DNA of 17,269 nucleotides from a bacterium (GTDB lineage: Bacteria; Zhuqueibacterota; Zhuqueibacteria; Oceanimicrobiales; Oceanimicrobiaceae): NCBI GenBank assembly GCA_046758365.1, contig JBHIAC010000064.1:1-17269 (forward strand), given 5' to 3'. Below, piece by piece: positions 1 through 7,489 of the stretch (position 1 is its first letter; every line of letters starts with the position of its first letter). The position numbers were made by a program, and so were the translations under genes. Under the pieces are notes generated by a model that was given only the letters and a program-made list of their open reading frames with translations, was not told the origin of the DNA and searched no databases.

Positions 1-89
1 AATATCAAGGAAAAACCTACTATTTCTGTGCGGAAGCTGATAAAATGGCCTTTGTTGAAAATCCAGAAAAATATATCTCTGAGAATTAA
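1..89 (+). CDS. 3' end of a YHS-domain protein (partial, begins before the window)
   Basis: Frame from nt 3 reads YQGKTYYFCAEADKMAFVENPEKYISEN*, matching the YHS pattern Y-x-G-x-x-YYFC...F...PEKY. Stop TAA at 87-89. Not in the ORF track. Confidence 0.8.
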   Translation, partial: YQGKTYYFCAEADKMAFVENPEKYISEN

Positions 90-191
90 TTTTTTAGTAG
101 TATTTGATTGGGAAGGATTAAATAAGTTTTAATCCGTGAGAATCCTTAGTAAATTTCAACTTTTAGAAAAACTATGAAAGGAGTTGAATAA

Positions 192-599
192 ATGATTTAT
201 AAAAAATTCATGTTGTTATTTATTGCTCTTGTATATTTTATGGTGTTTGTTTCCTGTCAGACTGCGGATAAAAAAGAAGAAAGGGTTGAGCAAACAAAGC
301 AAACCGTCCATTTATCACCTGAAGGGCAATTGGGAAAAATCAAACAGGAGCTAAAAGATGTCAAAACAGAATTAACCCAAGCCGGTGAGTACAATTGTTG
401 TATTCATCCCACCTGTAATTGGTGTGCCCTGCAAGAGGGAAATTGCGATTGTTATGATGAGGTTAAAGCGGGCGAGGCCGTTTGTCCCGGATGCGGTTTA
501 GGCTGGCACAATGATCAAGGAACGGTCGAGGGGATAACAGCTAGTCAGGTGAAGTGGGATATTTCACACGAACACGAAGAAGGAGAGCATGAACATTGA
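192..599 (+). CDS. Cys/His-rich putative metal-binding lipoprotein
   Basis: SD AAGGAG at 178-183. Hydrophobic N-terminus with lipobox FVS-C22, an 8-Cys cluster (CC..CNWC..CDC..CPGC) and C-terminal HEHEEGEHEH. Confidence 0.75.
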   Translation: MIYKKFMLLFIALVYFMVFVSCQTADKKEERVEQTKQTVHLSPEGQLGKIKQELKDVKTELTQAGEYNCCIHPTCNWCALQEGNCDCYDEVKAGEAVCPGCGLGWHNDQGTVEGITASQVKWDISHEHEEGEHEH

Positions 600-634
600 T
601 TATGAACTTGTTATAATCTCCAATCTAAATTAAA

Positions 635-667
635 AACCTCCCGCAGGTTCCGAACCTGCGGGAGGTT
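635..667. repeat. Perfect 16-bp inverted repeat (REP-like palindrome or hairpin)
   Basis: AACCTCCCGCAGGTTC-C-GAACCTGCGGGAGGTT. Confidence 0.8.
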
Positions 668-721
668 ATATAGACTGAATTCATTAAATTTAATTACAGT
701 TTAATTTAGGGTAAAATTCAG

Positions 722-1207
722 ATGAAATGCCAAAATTGTCATCATACGGTTACACGTAAAAGTAAATTTTGCACCAATTGTGGAACTCCAGTGGCCCCTC
801 GATCATCACAAAAACGCACACAACCCAAAACAAGATTGCCTATCAGTTACGCTTTTGGTCTGATAGGATTAGGAATTTTAGTGGGAATCGCCATAATTAA
901 ATTTATCGAAAATTCAAGTAATAATTCTTTTCAGGCTGCATCAAACATTCAAAAATCACAGCAAATCCAAAGTGCTGCGGTATTGGATATTGCAAAGGAA
1001 TTTATGTGTCCATGCGGCAGTTGTAGCGACCCTTTGGACGAGTGCACTTGCGATCATAAAAACGGTGCTTTAGAGGTAAAAACTTTTATCGCGCAAAAAT
1101 TGCAGGAAGGTCACAAAAAGCCTCATATTGTTGAAATGGTTCAAGAAAAGTACGGGAGTCTGCAAAGTAGGACAAACCCGAACTTTAAATTTGAAATGCC
1201 ATTTTGA
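722..1207 (+). CDS. Zinc-ribbon + TM + CcmH-like domain protein
   Basis: N-terminal CQNC...CTNCG zinc ribbon, one TM segment (about aa 41-62), then FMCPCGSC...ECTC...IAQKLQEG...IVEMVQEKYG resembling the CcmH/CycL helical domain. Confidence 0.7.
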   Translation: MKCQNCHHTVTRKSKFCTNCGTPVAPRSSQKRTQPKTRLPISYAFGLIGLGILVGIAIIKFIENSSNNSFQAASNIQKSQQIQSAAVLDIAKEFMCPCGSCSDPLDECTCDHKNGALEVKTFIAQKLQEGHKKPHIVEMVQEKYGSLQSRTNPNFKFEMPF

Positions 1208-1243
1208 TATAAAGGCTTTGATAATTTCTATAATTTTTTCCTT

Positions 1244-3049
1244 TTACAGACTTGCAACAACACTTTCTCTCCCTTCATTGGCTTTTTTCAAATAATCAAT
1301 CAATGGTCTGTAATACTCCAGCATAGCCCGTGCGCTTAAATCTTCACCAGTTTTTTCCTTCAGCACTTTCCGCCAATCTTTACTAGCGCCTGGCCGCATT
1401 ATATTTTTTAGAAATTCTCCAACTTCTTTGTTGCCATAGTAATTGCAGTTGTGTGGATCTTGTTTCAATATTTTACGAGCGATATAATCATGGAGATGAA
1501 ATTTTAGCACGCAGGAAAGAGCATAATCGTAATACTGCGCAGGATCGTTATTGATATGGGTCTTGCTGGCGGCATCACAATATTCTTCGCCTCTTTGTGA
1601 AGGCGGAACAATCCCCTGGTACTTCTCGACATATTCCCACCAGCGCTTATTAAATTGGTCTTTAGGTAAATCTTTTTCGTACAAATCATGTTCGAAGTGA
1701 GACATGGTACCGGCAGCAAAGGGGATAAACACCACTGAACTGCTGGAAAGCGCATCGTTCAAAAGCCATTGAATTTGATCGATTTCAACGTCTTCAGACA
1801 ACAATCCAAGTTGTTCCAGATATGGTCTTTGGGAAGATGCGATTGCCATTAAGCTGCCAATACCTTCATGGTAACTTCGGTTGGCTCCACGGCGTAAAAG
1901 AATTGGTACGTCGGGATTTGAATACTCAATATAATAATAAATGTGTCCTAACTCATGATGAGCTGTCCTAAACCAGCGGTTGTTAGGCTCCACACTCATG
2001 AGGGAGCGGTAATCATCTTGCGAGTCCAAATGCCAAGCTGAAGCGTGGTTGTTCTTTTTACGTTTGGAACCCTCTTCTACGGGATAGAGATCAGACCTTT
2101 CCCAAAAATTTTTGTTTAAGGTATCAAAGCCAATACTCACATAAAAATCTTCCGCTTGTTTAACGATCCACTCTTTAGTTTTGTCTTTGAATAGATCATC
2201 CAAGTTGACCGCTTCAACAATACCGGGCCAATTTTGTCCCCAGCGGTTGGGCAGCCAGTGGGCGGGTATTTTATCTGGTACCGGCTGATTGTATCTCTTT
2301 GCCAGTTCGTAGCGAATATATGTATGTAATTCAGAATAAAATGGCCGTATTCCTTCAACCAATTGATCCATGAGTTCCATCATTTCTTGAACACTCAGGC
2401 CGTAATCTGCTACCTCCAAAGCAAAAAAGGAGCTGTAACCCATCTCGCGTGCTACCTGATTCCGTAGAGACTGTAGATTTGCCAGTCCATCTTTTAGCAC
2501 CTTCCCAACTTCCTTACTTGCCTCCCAGGCCTCTAAACGCTTATCAAGGTCTTTGGATTCCACCAAAATGCGATCAATTTCGTTGGTGCTTACTATTTTA
2601 GCTTTGCCTCTTTTATCTCGCATCACAAAATCAAATCCGTAAAGCAAACTGTTCTGCTTAGTTTCAGCGTTTATGAGTTTCTCAACCACCTCAGGTATCG
2701 TTCCCGGACGATGGGCCGCAGTAAGCAAAACTTTGTTGAGCTGTAAAACTTGCATTCGGTCAAGCTTGTCTTTTTGCTCTAAGAGCGATTTTGTTTTCTC
2801 AATCACTTCTTTACTACCCACAAATTCCGACAGAGCCTTATCAGCGAGGACACTCAAACTGTCGTGTTCTTCGCTGATGTCTGTGTTGGCAAGCCAAGCT
2901 GCTTTGTTTGCTTCATAATCCAACTTTTGGAATTTTTCTGTATATTCTTTCAGGAAGGCATTTGCCTCTTTTTTTACAGGATTCTCCATACAGGCAAAAT
3001 GCAGAGAAAGAACAAAAAATAAAATAAGATATAGGTTTTTGAAGTTCAT
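1244..3049 (-). CDS. M2-family metallopeptidase (peptidyl-dipeptidase A, ACE homolog), lipoprotein
   Basis: HHELGH zinc motif, downstream HEGIG third ligand, HASAW and LRRGAN motifs typical of ACE. Start placed at ATG 3049 because AGGAGG lies at 3055-3060 and the N-terminus then forms a signal peptide with lipobox HFA-C. Confidence 0.92.
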   Translation of the reverse strand: MNFKNLYLILFFVLSLHFACMENPVKKEANAFLKEYTEKFQKLDYEANKAAWLANTDISEEHDSLSVLADKALSEFVGSKEVIEKTKSLLEQKDKLDRMQVLQLNKVLLTAAHRPGTIPEVVEKLINAETKQNSLLYGFDFVMRDKRGKAKIVSTNEIDRILVESKDLDKRLEAWEASKEVGKVLKDGLANLQSLRNQVAREMGYSSFFALEVADYGLSVQEMMELMDQLVEGIRPFYSELHTYIRYELAKRYNQPVPDKIPAHWLPNRWGQNWPGIVEAVNLDDLFKDKTKEWIVKQAEDFYVSIGFDTLNKNFWERSDLYPVEEGSKRKKNNHASAWHLDSQDDYRSLMSVEPNNRWFRTAHHELGHIYYYIEYSNPDVPILLRRGANRSYHEGIGSLMAIASSQRPYLEQLGLLSEDVEIDQIQWLLNDALSSSSVVFIPFAAGTMSHFEHDLYEKDLPKDQFNKRWWEYVEKYQGIVPPSQRGEEYCDAASKTHINNDPAQYYDYALSCVLKFHLHDYIARKILKQDPHNCNYYGNKEVGEFLKNIMRPGASKDWRKVLKEKTGEDLSARAMLEYYRPLIDYLKKANEGRESVVASL

Positions 3050-3124
3050 TTGGGCCTCCTTTTTAGTTGCGTGAATTGTAAAAAAATAATTACGAATTAA
3101 CATTGAAAGGTACTGATAGTATCA

Positions 3125-3153
3125 AAAATAAAATTTAGAAATTTTAAATTCAA
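3125..3153 (-). promoter_or_regulatory. Sigma-70-type promoter of the M2 peptidase gene
   Basis: TTGAAT-N17-TATTTT on the minus strand. The same cTTGA-N17-TAnnnT pattern recurs upstream of most minus-strand genes in this window. Confidence 0.45.
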
Positions 3154-3394
3154 GGGAAAATTTTAGACGAAATCCAATTTTCCTTAAGTTTATCAATATT
3201 AATGCTAAAGGGTACGAAAATATCAATTTACTATAATTCGTTGTTTTTACTTGTATTCTTTGTTTTAATTTTGTTTAATATTTAGTGTGGGTCAGTGTTG
3301 ATATTCAGGTCCTAAGTGTGGCCGAAAACTCCAGTTTTTTGAAATTCACAAATTCTAAACTATTGTTTTTAATTCAATTTTTTTCTAAAGGACA

Positions 3395-3417
3395 TAGGAC
3401 GGATGTCCAACGTCCTA
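3395..3417 (-). terminator. Possible terminator hairpin after the membrane-protein gene
   Basis: TAGGACG/CGTCCTA 7-bp stem 5 nt beyond the stop at 3423. U-tract is weak. Confidence 0.35.
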
Positions 3418-3422
3418 AATAT

Positions 3423-4304
3423 CTACTTTTCAGCTACACCTTTAGAGTTTAATTTCAATATCCTGACTGCAAATTCCCACATGACATAAATTTCTACTGC
3501 AAAGGGCAAAAAGCCAAGATACCCAAATAGCGGCATTTCAAAAATTTTTGGAGAGGTTAAATATGGAAAGACATAAACCCATTTCGCCGTTGCCCAATAG
3601 TTCCAGAACTCCCAGAGAATTCCACAAATTAACCCTGCAAAGAAAAGGGAAAAAAGTTTATTTATTCGGCCATTTTCTAATTCTTTAAACAAAGAGTTTC
3701 CCCCAAGTAAGTAATTAATTGGGTCTAAGAAAAAGACAACCCCAATCCAGACTGGGCCAAATAAGAAAACGGCTATTTTAGTAGGAATTAAAATTGGTAC
3801 AATTAAAAATATCAGACCAATAAACATGAAAGAATACAAAGAACTGCGGCGAAATTTATATTTTTTAATCTGAATTCTATCAAACATTCCTGATATGTCA
3901 ATGAGTTCGCTGGTAAATAGAACCCCAGGGAAAATAGTAGCAAAGGACCAAACATAACCAAAAACTCTTGTCACCAAATCTTCAAGCAGGCCGATATATT
4001 TCCAATTCTGTAGATGTAGATTATAGGCCTCGAAAATAAGCCAGCATACAACTGAATATGGAAGCATAAATAGGAATTGTGAGAATCGGTCTGTGAGCAT
4101 GGAGGTACCCCGCAGTTTATATATCAGGGCATCGGTAATCAAAATGTACCCACTCCACATGATAGGCGTAAACCAAGTTTTAATAAATAAATTATTTTTG
4201 AAAAGCAAAAGTTCTGAAATAAACAAAATTAAAATTCCAACCCAGCCATAACTTTTAAATGAAGTTGATTTTAAATTTGTTACGATTTCAGAATCTTTTA
4301 CCAT
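3423..4304 (-). CDS. Conserved hypothetical polytopic membrane protein
   Basis: About 8 hydrophobic segments and the motif WEFWNYWA..KWVY..P...KIFEMPLFGYLGF. ATG 4304 has SD AAGGAG at 4310-4315. The alternative TTG at 4358 also has an SD (about 4367-4373). Confidence 0.8.
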   Translation of the reverse strand: MVKDSEIVTNLKSTSFKSYGWVGILILFISELLLFKNNLFIKTWFTPIMWSGYILITDALIYKLRGTSMLTDRFSQFLFMLPYSVVCWLIFEAYNLHLQNWKYIGLLEDLVTRVFGYVWSFATIFPGVLFTSELIDISGMFDRIQIKKYKFRRSSLYSFMFIGLIFLIVPILIPTKIAVFLFGPVWIGVVFFLDPINYLLGGNSLFKELENGRINKLFSLFFAGLICGILWEFWNYWATAKWVYVFPYLTSPKIFEMPLFGYLGFLPFAVEIYVMWEFAVRILKLNSKGVAEK

Positions 4305-4456
4305 GTTTTCTCCTTTAAATTGTCTTGAAATTCGATCGAAAAATCCCAAAATGTTCAAGCCCCAATTCTCCTTATAATATTTTTAAAGGTATGTCGGGGT
4401 TCTTGCCTGCGCTCTAAGTTATTGTTATTATGTGGGGCTGGAACGCCCAACAGAGC

Positions 4457-4485
4457 AGGTTAATAGGTTTTCAGCTTGATTTCAA
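4457..4485 (-). promoter_or_regulatory. Sigma-70-type promoter upstream of a structured leader
   Basis: TTGAAA-N17-TAACCT on the minus strand. Confidence 0.45.
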
Positions 4486-4643
4486 GGAAAATAAAAAATA
4501 GTTTTTAATTCATTTAGCTTTGCTGTCATCCAATGTCCATGGCCCATTTTTTGTTGTGAGTCGCCAATTTTCACTCTTAATTTAACATTGCCCTATCTAT
4601 TTTACCTACGTCATTTATTCATTGTACGAGCATTCAATTATTT

Positions 4644-4883
4644 TCAATTGGACTTTAATCGATCTTTTATGATACGCTCAAATCTTGGTTTATAGATGAG
4701 ATCGAAAGTCTCTTCTTTGTCTGGGAATAGACTAAGTACACTTTTCTTGGTTGCCTCCACCAATTCTAAAGCTTCCAAAGGAGTGAGATTTCCTTGATAG
4801 AGTACCACGGCCGTTAAATCGACGATCGTTCGCAGTTGTCGAATTTTTTTTTGCTCCTCAGCAATTTCTTCTGGGGCGGCCAT
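4644..4883 (-). CDS. Small hypothetical protein (79 aa)
   Basis: SD AGGAG about 7 nt upstream of ATG. Helical, protein-like sequence with LFPDKEETFDLIYKPRFERII. Has its own candidate promoter at 5013-5041. Confidence 0.8.
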   Translation of the reverse strand: MAAPEEIAEEQKKIRQLRTIVDLTAVVLYQGNLTPLEALELVEATKKSVLSLFPDKEETFDLIYKPRFERIIKDRLKSN

Positions 4884-5012
4884 AGAAATCTCCTATTTAA
4901 AATTTCTCATTTGTTTCAAAGTCCTATGGAAGGACTTCAATTTTTATCTTTAGTAAAAAACTATCTTTATGTTCTTTACGACTTTTTTACATACTATGAT
5001 TCAAATATTCAA

Positions 5013-5041
5013 AACTTAAGATTTGTTCCAACTAAAATCAA
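5013..5041 (-). promoter_or_regulatory. Sigma-70-type promoter of the 79-aa gene
   Basis: TTGATT-N17-TAAGTT on the minus strand. Confidence 0.45.
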
Positions 5042-5136
5042 GTATTTATTATTCTGGAACATAAATGTCTCTGATATTGTTTTAATTAAAAGATACTTAC
5101 CCCCGAATTGAACGATTTTATATCGGAGAAGCGGAC

Positions 5137-5191
5137 GGTCTTCAAGCTTCAGCTTGCATTGGGGGGAACATCACGCTAAAGCGTGAACACC
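5137..5191. repeat. REP-doublet (REPIN-like) element
   Basis: Two inverted palindromic units, TTCAAGCTTCAGCTTG (5141-5156) and CACGCTAAAGCGTGAA (5172-5187). Confidence 0.55.
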
Positions 5192-5280
5192 CAATACGGA
5201 TCTTGTTGAAACTCGTTTAGGAAACAATTCAAGGTAAAATCGCTCAATTTAGGTTACAATCAATTTAGACGTATGAACCT

Positions 5281-6162
5281 ATGGATGATTTTTCAAGAAA
5301 AAGAAATCGATATTTCATTATAACTTTAATTTTAATATTAATTCAAATTCGTTTGGGATTAAACGCTGCAGCCCAATCTAAATCAAATGAAATAGATGAA
5401 GATGTAACAGGGCATGCAAAGGATATTTTAACTGGCAACACACCAGAAGCTAAACTTTTTGTATTGCGCAAATATTTTTTTATAGAAAATGCCATGTCCA
5501 CACTTACTTCAATCAGCCGAGACACTAGCTTGGAATTTCGAATGCGTTCCAACCAAGGACTCTCATTATTTTTGACGTCCGAAGAATTACATGAAATTAC
5601 GCCCCAAGGCATAGATCCTATAGGCCAAGATCTTCTTCGTAAAAATCGTGATGTTGCGCCGGTTATACTTATTTCTCCATTACTTTCTCAAGGAATCAAA
5701 AGCCTCATAAAAAAACTCAATCCACCCAATAAAAAATTGTTAGGTTCTGATTTTCCCATTCCAAAAGATATTGAAATAGATATTTTAAAAATACTATGGA
5801 CCTACTCGGCTGCTACACCCAGTGATATTTATGCTCAAATGGACTCTTCATGGCCTGTCACTTCAGAAGATCTTCACAAAATACTGGGTGAGATGGTAGA
5901 ACGAGGATTTGTGGCACGTAAAAAGATTTCACCCTCTAATGAATTTAATATCTTTGGAATTGCGAGAATTGAAATGAGCTCTAAAAATAGAAAGAATAAG
6001 GATTATGTTTACTGGCCTTTAATCCCAAAAGAAAAATTAATCACTTATTTAGAAGCCAGGAGATTTTTAGTATTAACCTATTCAGAAAGGCGCAGCACTA
6101 ATGGAGAAAAAAGCAACCTTCAAAAGACTCTCGAACAAAAATTATACCGACTTATTCAATAA
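5281..6162 (+). CDS. Hypothetical protein with N-terminal signal/TM segment and C-terminal BlaI/MecI/CopY-like winged HTH
   Basis: RKRNR-YFIITLILILIQ...AAA-Q N-terminus. C-terminal IEIDILKILW...TPSDIYAQM...DLHKILGEMVERGFVARKK...YVYWPLI resembles the penicillinase-repressor fold. Confidence 0.65.
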   Translation: MDDFSRKRNRYFIITLILILIQIRLGLNAAAQSKSNEIDEDVTGHAKDILTGNTPEAKLFVLRKYFFIENAMSTLTSISRDTSLEFRMRSNQGLSLFLTSEELHEITPQGIDPIGQDLLRKNRDVAPVILISPLLSQGIKSLIKKLNPPNKKLLGSDFPIPKDIEIDILKILWTYSAATPSDIYAQMDSSWPVTSEDLHKILGEMVERGFVARKKISPSNEFNIFGIARIEMSSKNRKNKDYVYWPLIPKEKLITYLEARRFLVLTYSERRSTNGEKSNLQKTLEQKLYRLIQ

Positions 6163-6199
6163 ATGACGTAGGAGTAAAACACCACGACATCAATCGAAA

Positions 6200-7186
6200 T
6201 TATTCAATCCATCCATTTTCTAAATACCATTGAGCCGTTTCATGAAGTCCTTTCTGCAGGCCAAAGCGAGGTCGAAATCCTAATTCTTTTTTTGCTTTAG
6301 AGTTGTCACAAATCCAATGGGTTGCTTTTAATTCTCGATATTTATCAAGACTAAAAAGTGTTGGCTGTTTTGTTAAATTAGCAATAAGTTCAAATCCGCA
6401 GGAAACTAAAAAGGCTAAAGGCAAAGGAATAACAAATCTACGAGGTCGTACATTCAAAACTTGGGCAACGGCACCCCCAAAATAATCCCACGAATAAGGC
6501 TTATCATCAGACAAAAAATAAACTTTCCCCAGAGCTTTCTCTTTTTCGACCACCAGAAGGATACCTTCAACCAAATCTTTTACATAAATAACACTGCTGA
6601 ATCTGGGACCACCAGAAAGAACCGGAATCCATCCGTATTTTGCGTATTTAAATAATCCGAATATATCCCGATCACGCGGCCCATAAACCGCTGGGGGGCG
6701 GACTATGGAAATGGGAAGTTTATTAGCAAATTTCAGAGTAATTTCTTCTGCTTTTAGTTTGCTTTTTCCATAATTTGTAATAGGTCTGGGAGCGTCCAAT
6801 TCCGTTAAGAGTTTTCCATGGGGACTTGGCCCAACCGCGGCCAGACTGGAAACAAGCACAAATCGCTTAAGGTTAGGATTATTATTCCAGGTTGCTTCCA
6901 GTAGATTTTTTGTACCGTTTGCGTTTATTTTAAAAAAATCTGATTTACTGTTGGACTTTGTCAATCCTGCCAGATGGAAAATATAATGCACACCTTTTAC
7001 TGCTTGAGGTAGTGATTTTGGATCAGTAATATCTCCATTTGAATGTTCGAAATCTAAACCATTCAGCCATCCTTGATCTCTTCCCTTGTTTCGAAGCAGA
7101 CAGCGAACCTGAATTCCTTTATGAAGCAACTTTTTGACTAAAAAACTACCGATAAATCCTCGACCGCCTGTTATTAATGCTTTCAA
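6200..7186 (-). CDS. Extended SDR (NAD-dependent epimerase/dehydratase family), candidate ceramide or 3-ketosphinganine reductase
   Basis: TGGRGFIG Rossmann motif, HLAG, VSS catalytic Ser, YGKSK catalytic motif, RPPAVYGP. TTG start. The specific function is inferred from its position next to spt. Confidence 0.85.
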   Translation of the reverse strand: MKALITGGRGFIGSFLVKKLLHKGIQVRCLLRNKGRDQGWLNGLDFEHSNGDITDPKSLPQAVKGVHYIFHLAGLTKSNSKSDFFKINANGTKNLLEATWNNNPNLKRFVLVSSLAAVGPSPHGKLLTELDAPRPITNYGKSKLKAEEITLKFANKLPISIVRPPAVYGPRDRDIFGLFKYAKYGWIPVLSGGPRFSSVIYVKDLVEGILLVVEKEKALGKVYFLSDDKPYSWDYFGGAVAQVLNVRPRRFVIPLPLAFLVSCGFELIANLTKQPTLFSLDKYRELKATHWICDNSKAKKELGFRPRFGLQKGLHETAQWYLENGWIE

Positions 7187-7350
7187 ATAATTATCCCTTA
7201 ATAAAAATTCTTAGATTCTGCAAAATGCAAAATAATTCAAAAACTAACCTTCTTATAAAAAGAAAGGCTATTTGATTTTTTATAAGTTTCACTTGTGCAC
7301 TTTGAATAAAATAAACCTTAATATTTAAGAAAGTTAGCTTTTATACTATA

Positions 7351-7379
7351 ATCATAACTATTTTTTTATAAATAATCAA
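7351..7379 (-). promoter_or_regulatory. Sigma-70-type promoter of the SDR gene
   Basis: TTGATT-N17-TATGAT on the minus strand. Confidence 0.55.
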
Positions 7380-7413
7380 GTGTTGAAGATTTAACCTTAT
7401 TTTAACTTTTGAC

Positions 7414-7442
7414 TTGCTTTCTTCTTTTTCATTTTTTATATT
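7414..7442 (+). promoter_or_regulatory. Sigma-70-type promoter of spt (divergent from the SDR promoter)
   Basis: TTGCTT-N17-TATATT. Confidence 0.5.
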
Positions 7443-7489
7443 TAAGATGAAATATTCCCATACATTATCACATTAGAGGAGAACACATC

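Noticed and set aside
115..135. GGATTAAA/TTTAATCC 8-bp hairpin, and a similar AAGTCCT/AGGACTT hairpin at 4919-4937
   Set aside because: Short AT-rich stems that could arise by chance, with no U-tract in the relevant direction
1504..2918. ORFs 1504-1755, 2137-2358 and 2673-2918
   Set aside because: Alternate-frame or antisense shadows inside the M2 peptidase gene, with no recognisable motifs
3285..3345. Slightly GC-richer intergenic patch as a possible sRNA
   Set aside because: No convincing stem or known motif found
4353..4444. GGGGCTG and GTTCAAGCCCCA as parts of a tRNA or permuted tmRNA
   Set aside because: No complete T-arm, D-arm, CCA end or tag reading frame could be built
4836..5612. 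ORFs 4836-5111 (+) and 5343-5612 (-)
   Set aside because: They overlap better-supported genes or promoters on the opposite strand and show no protein-family signal
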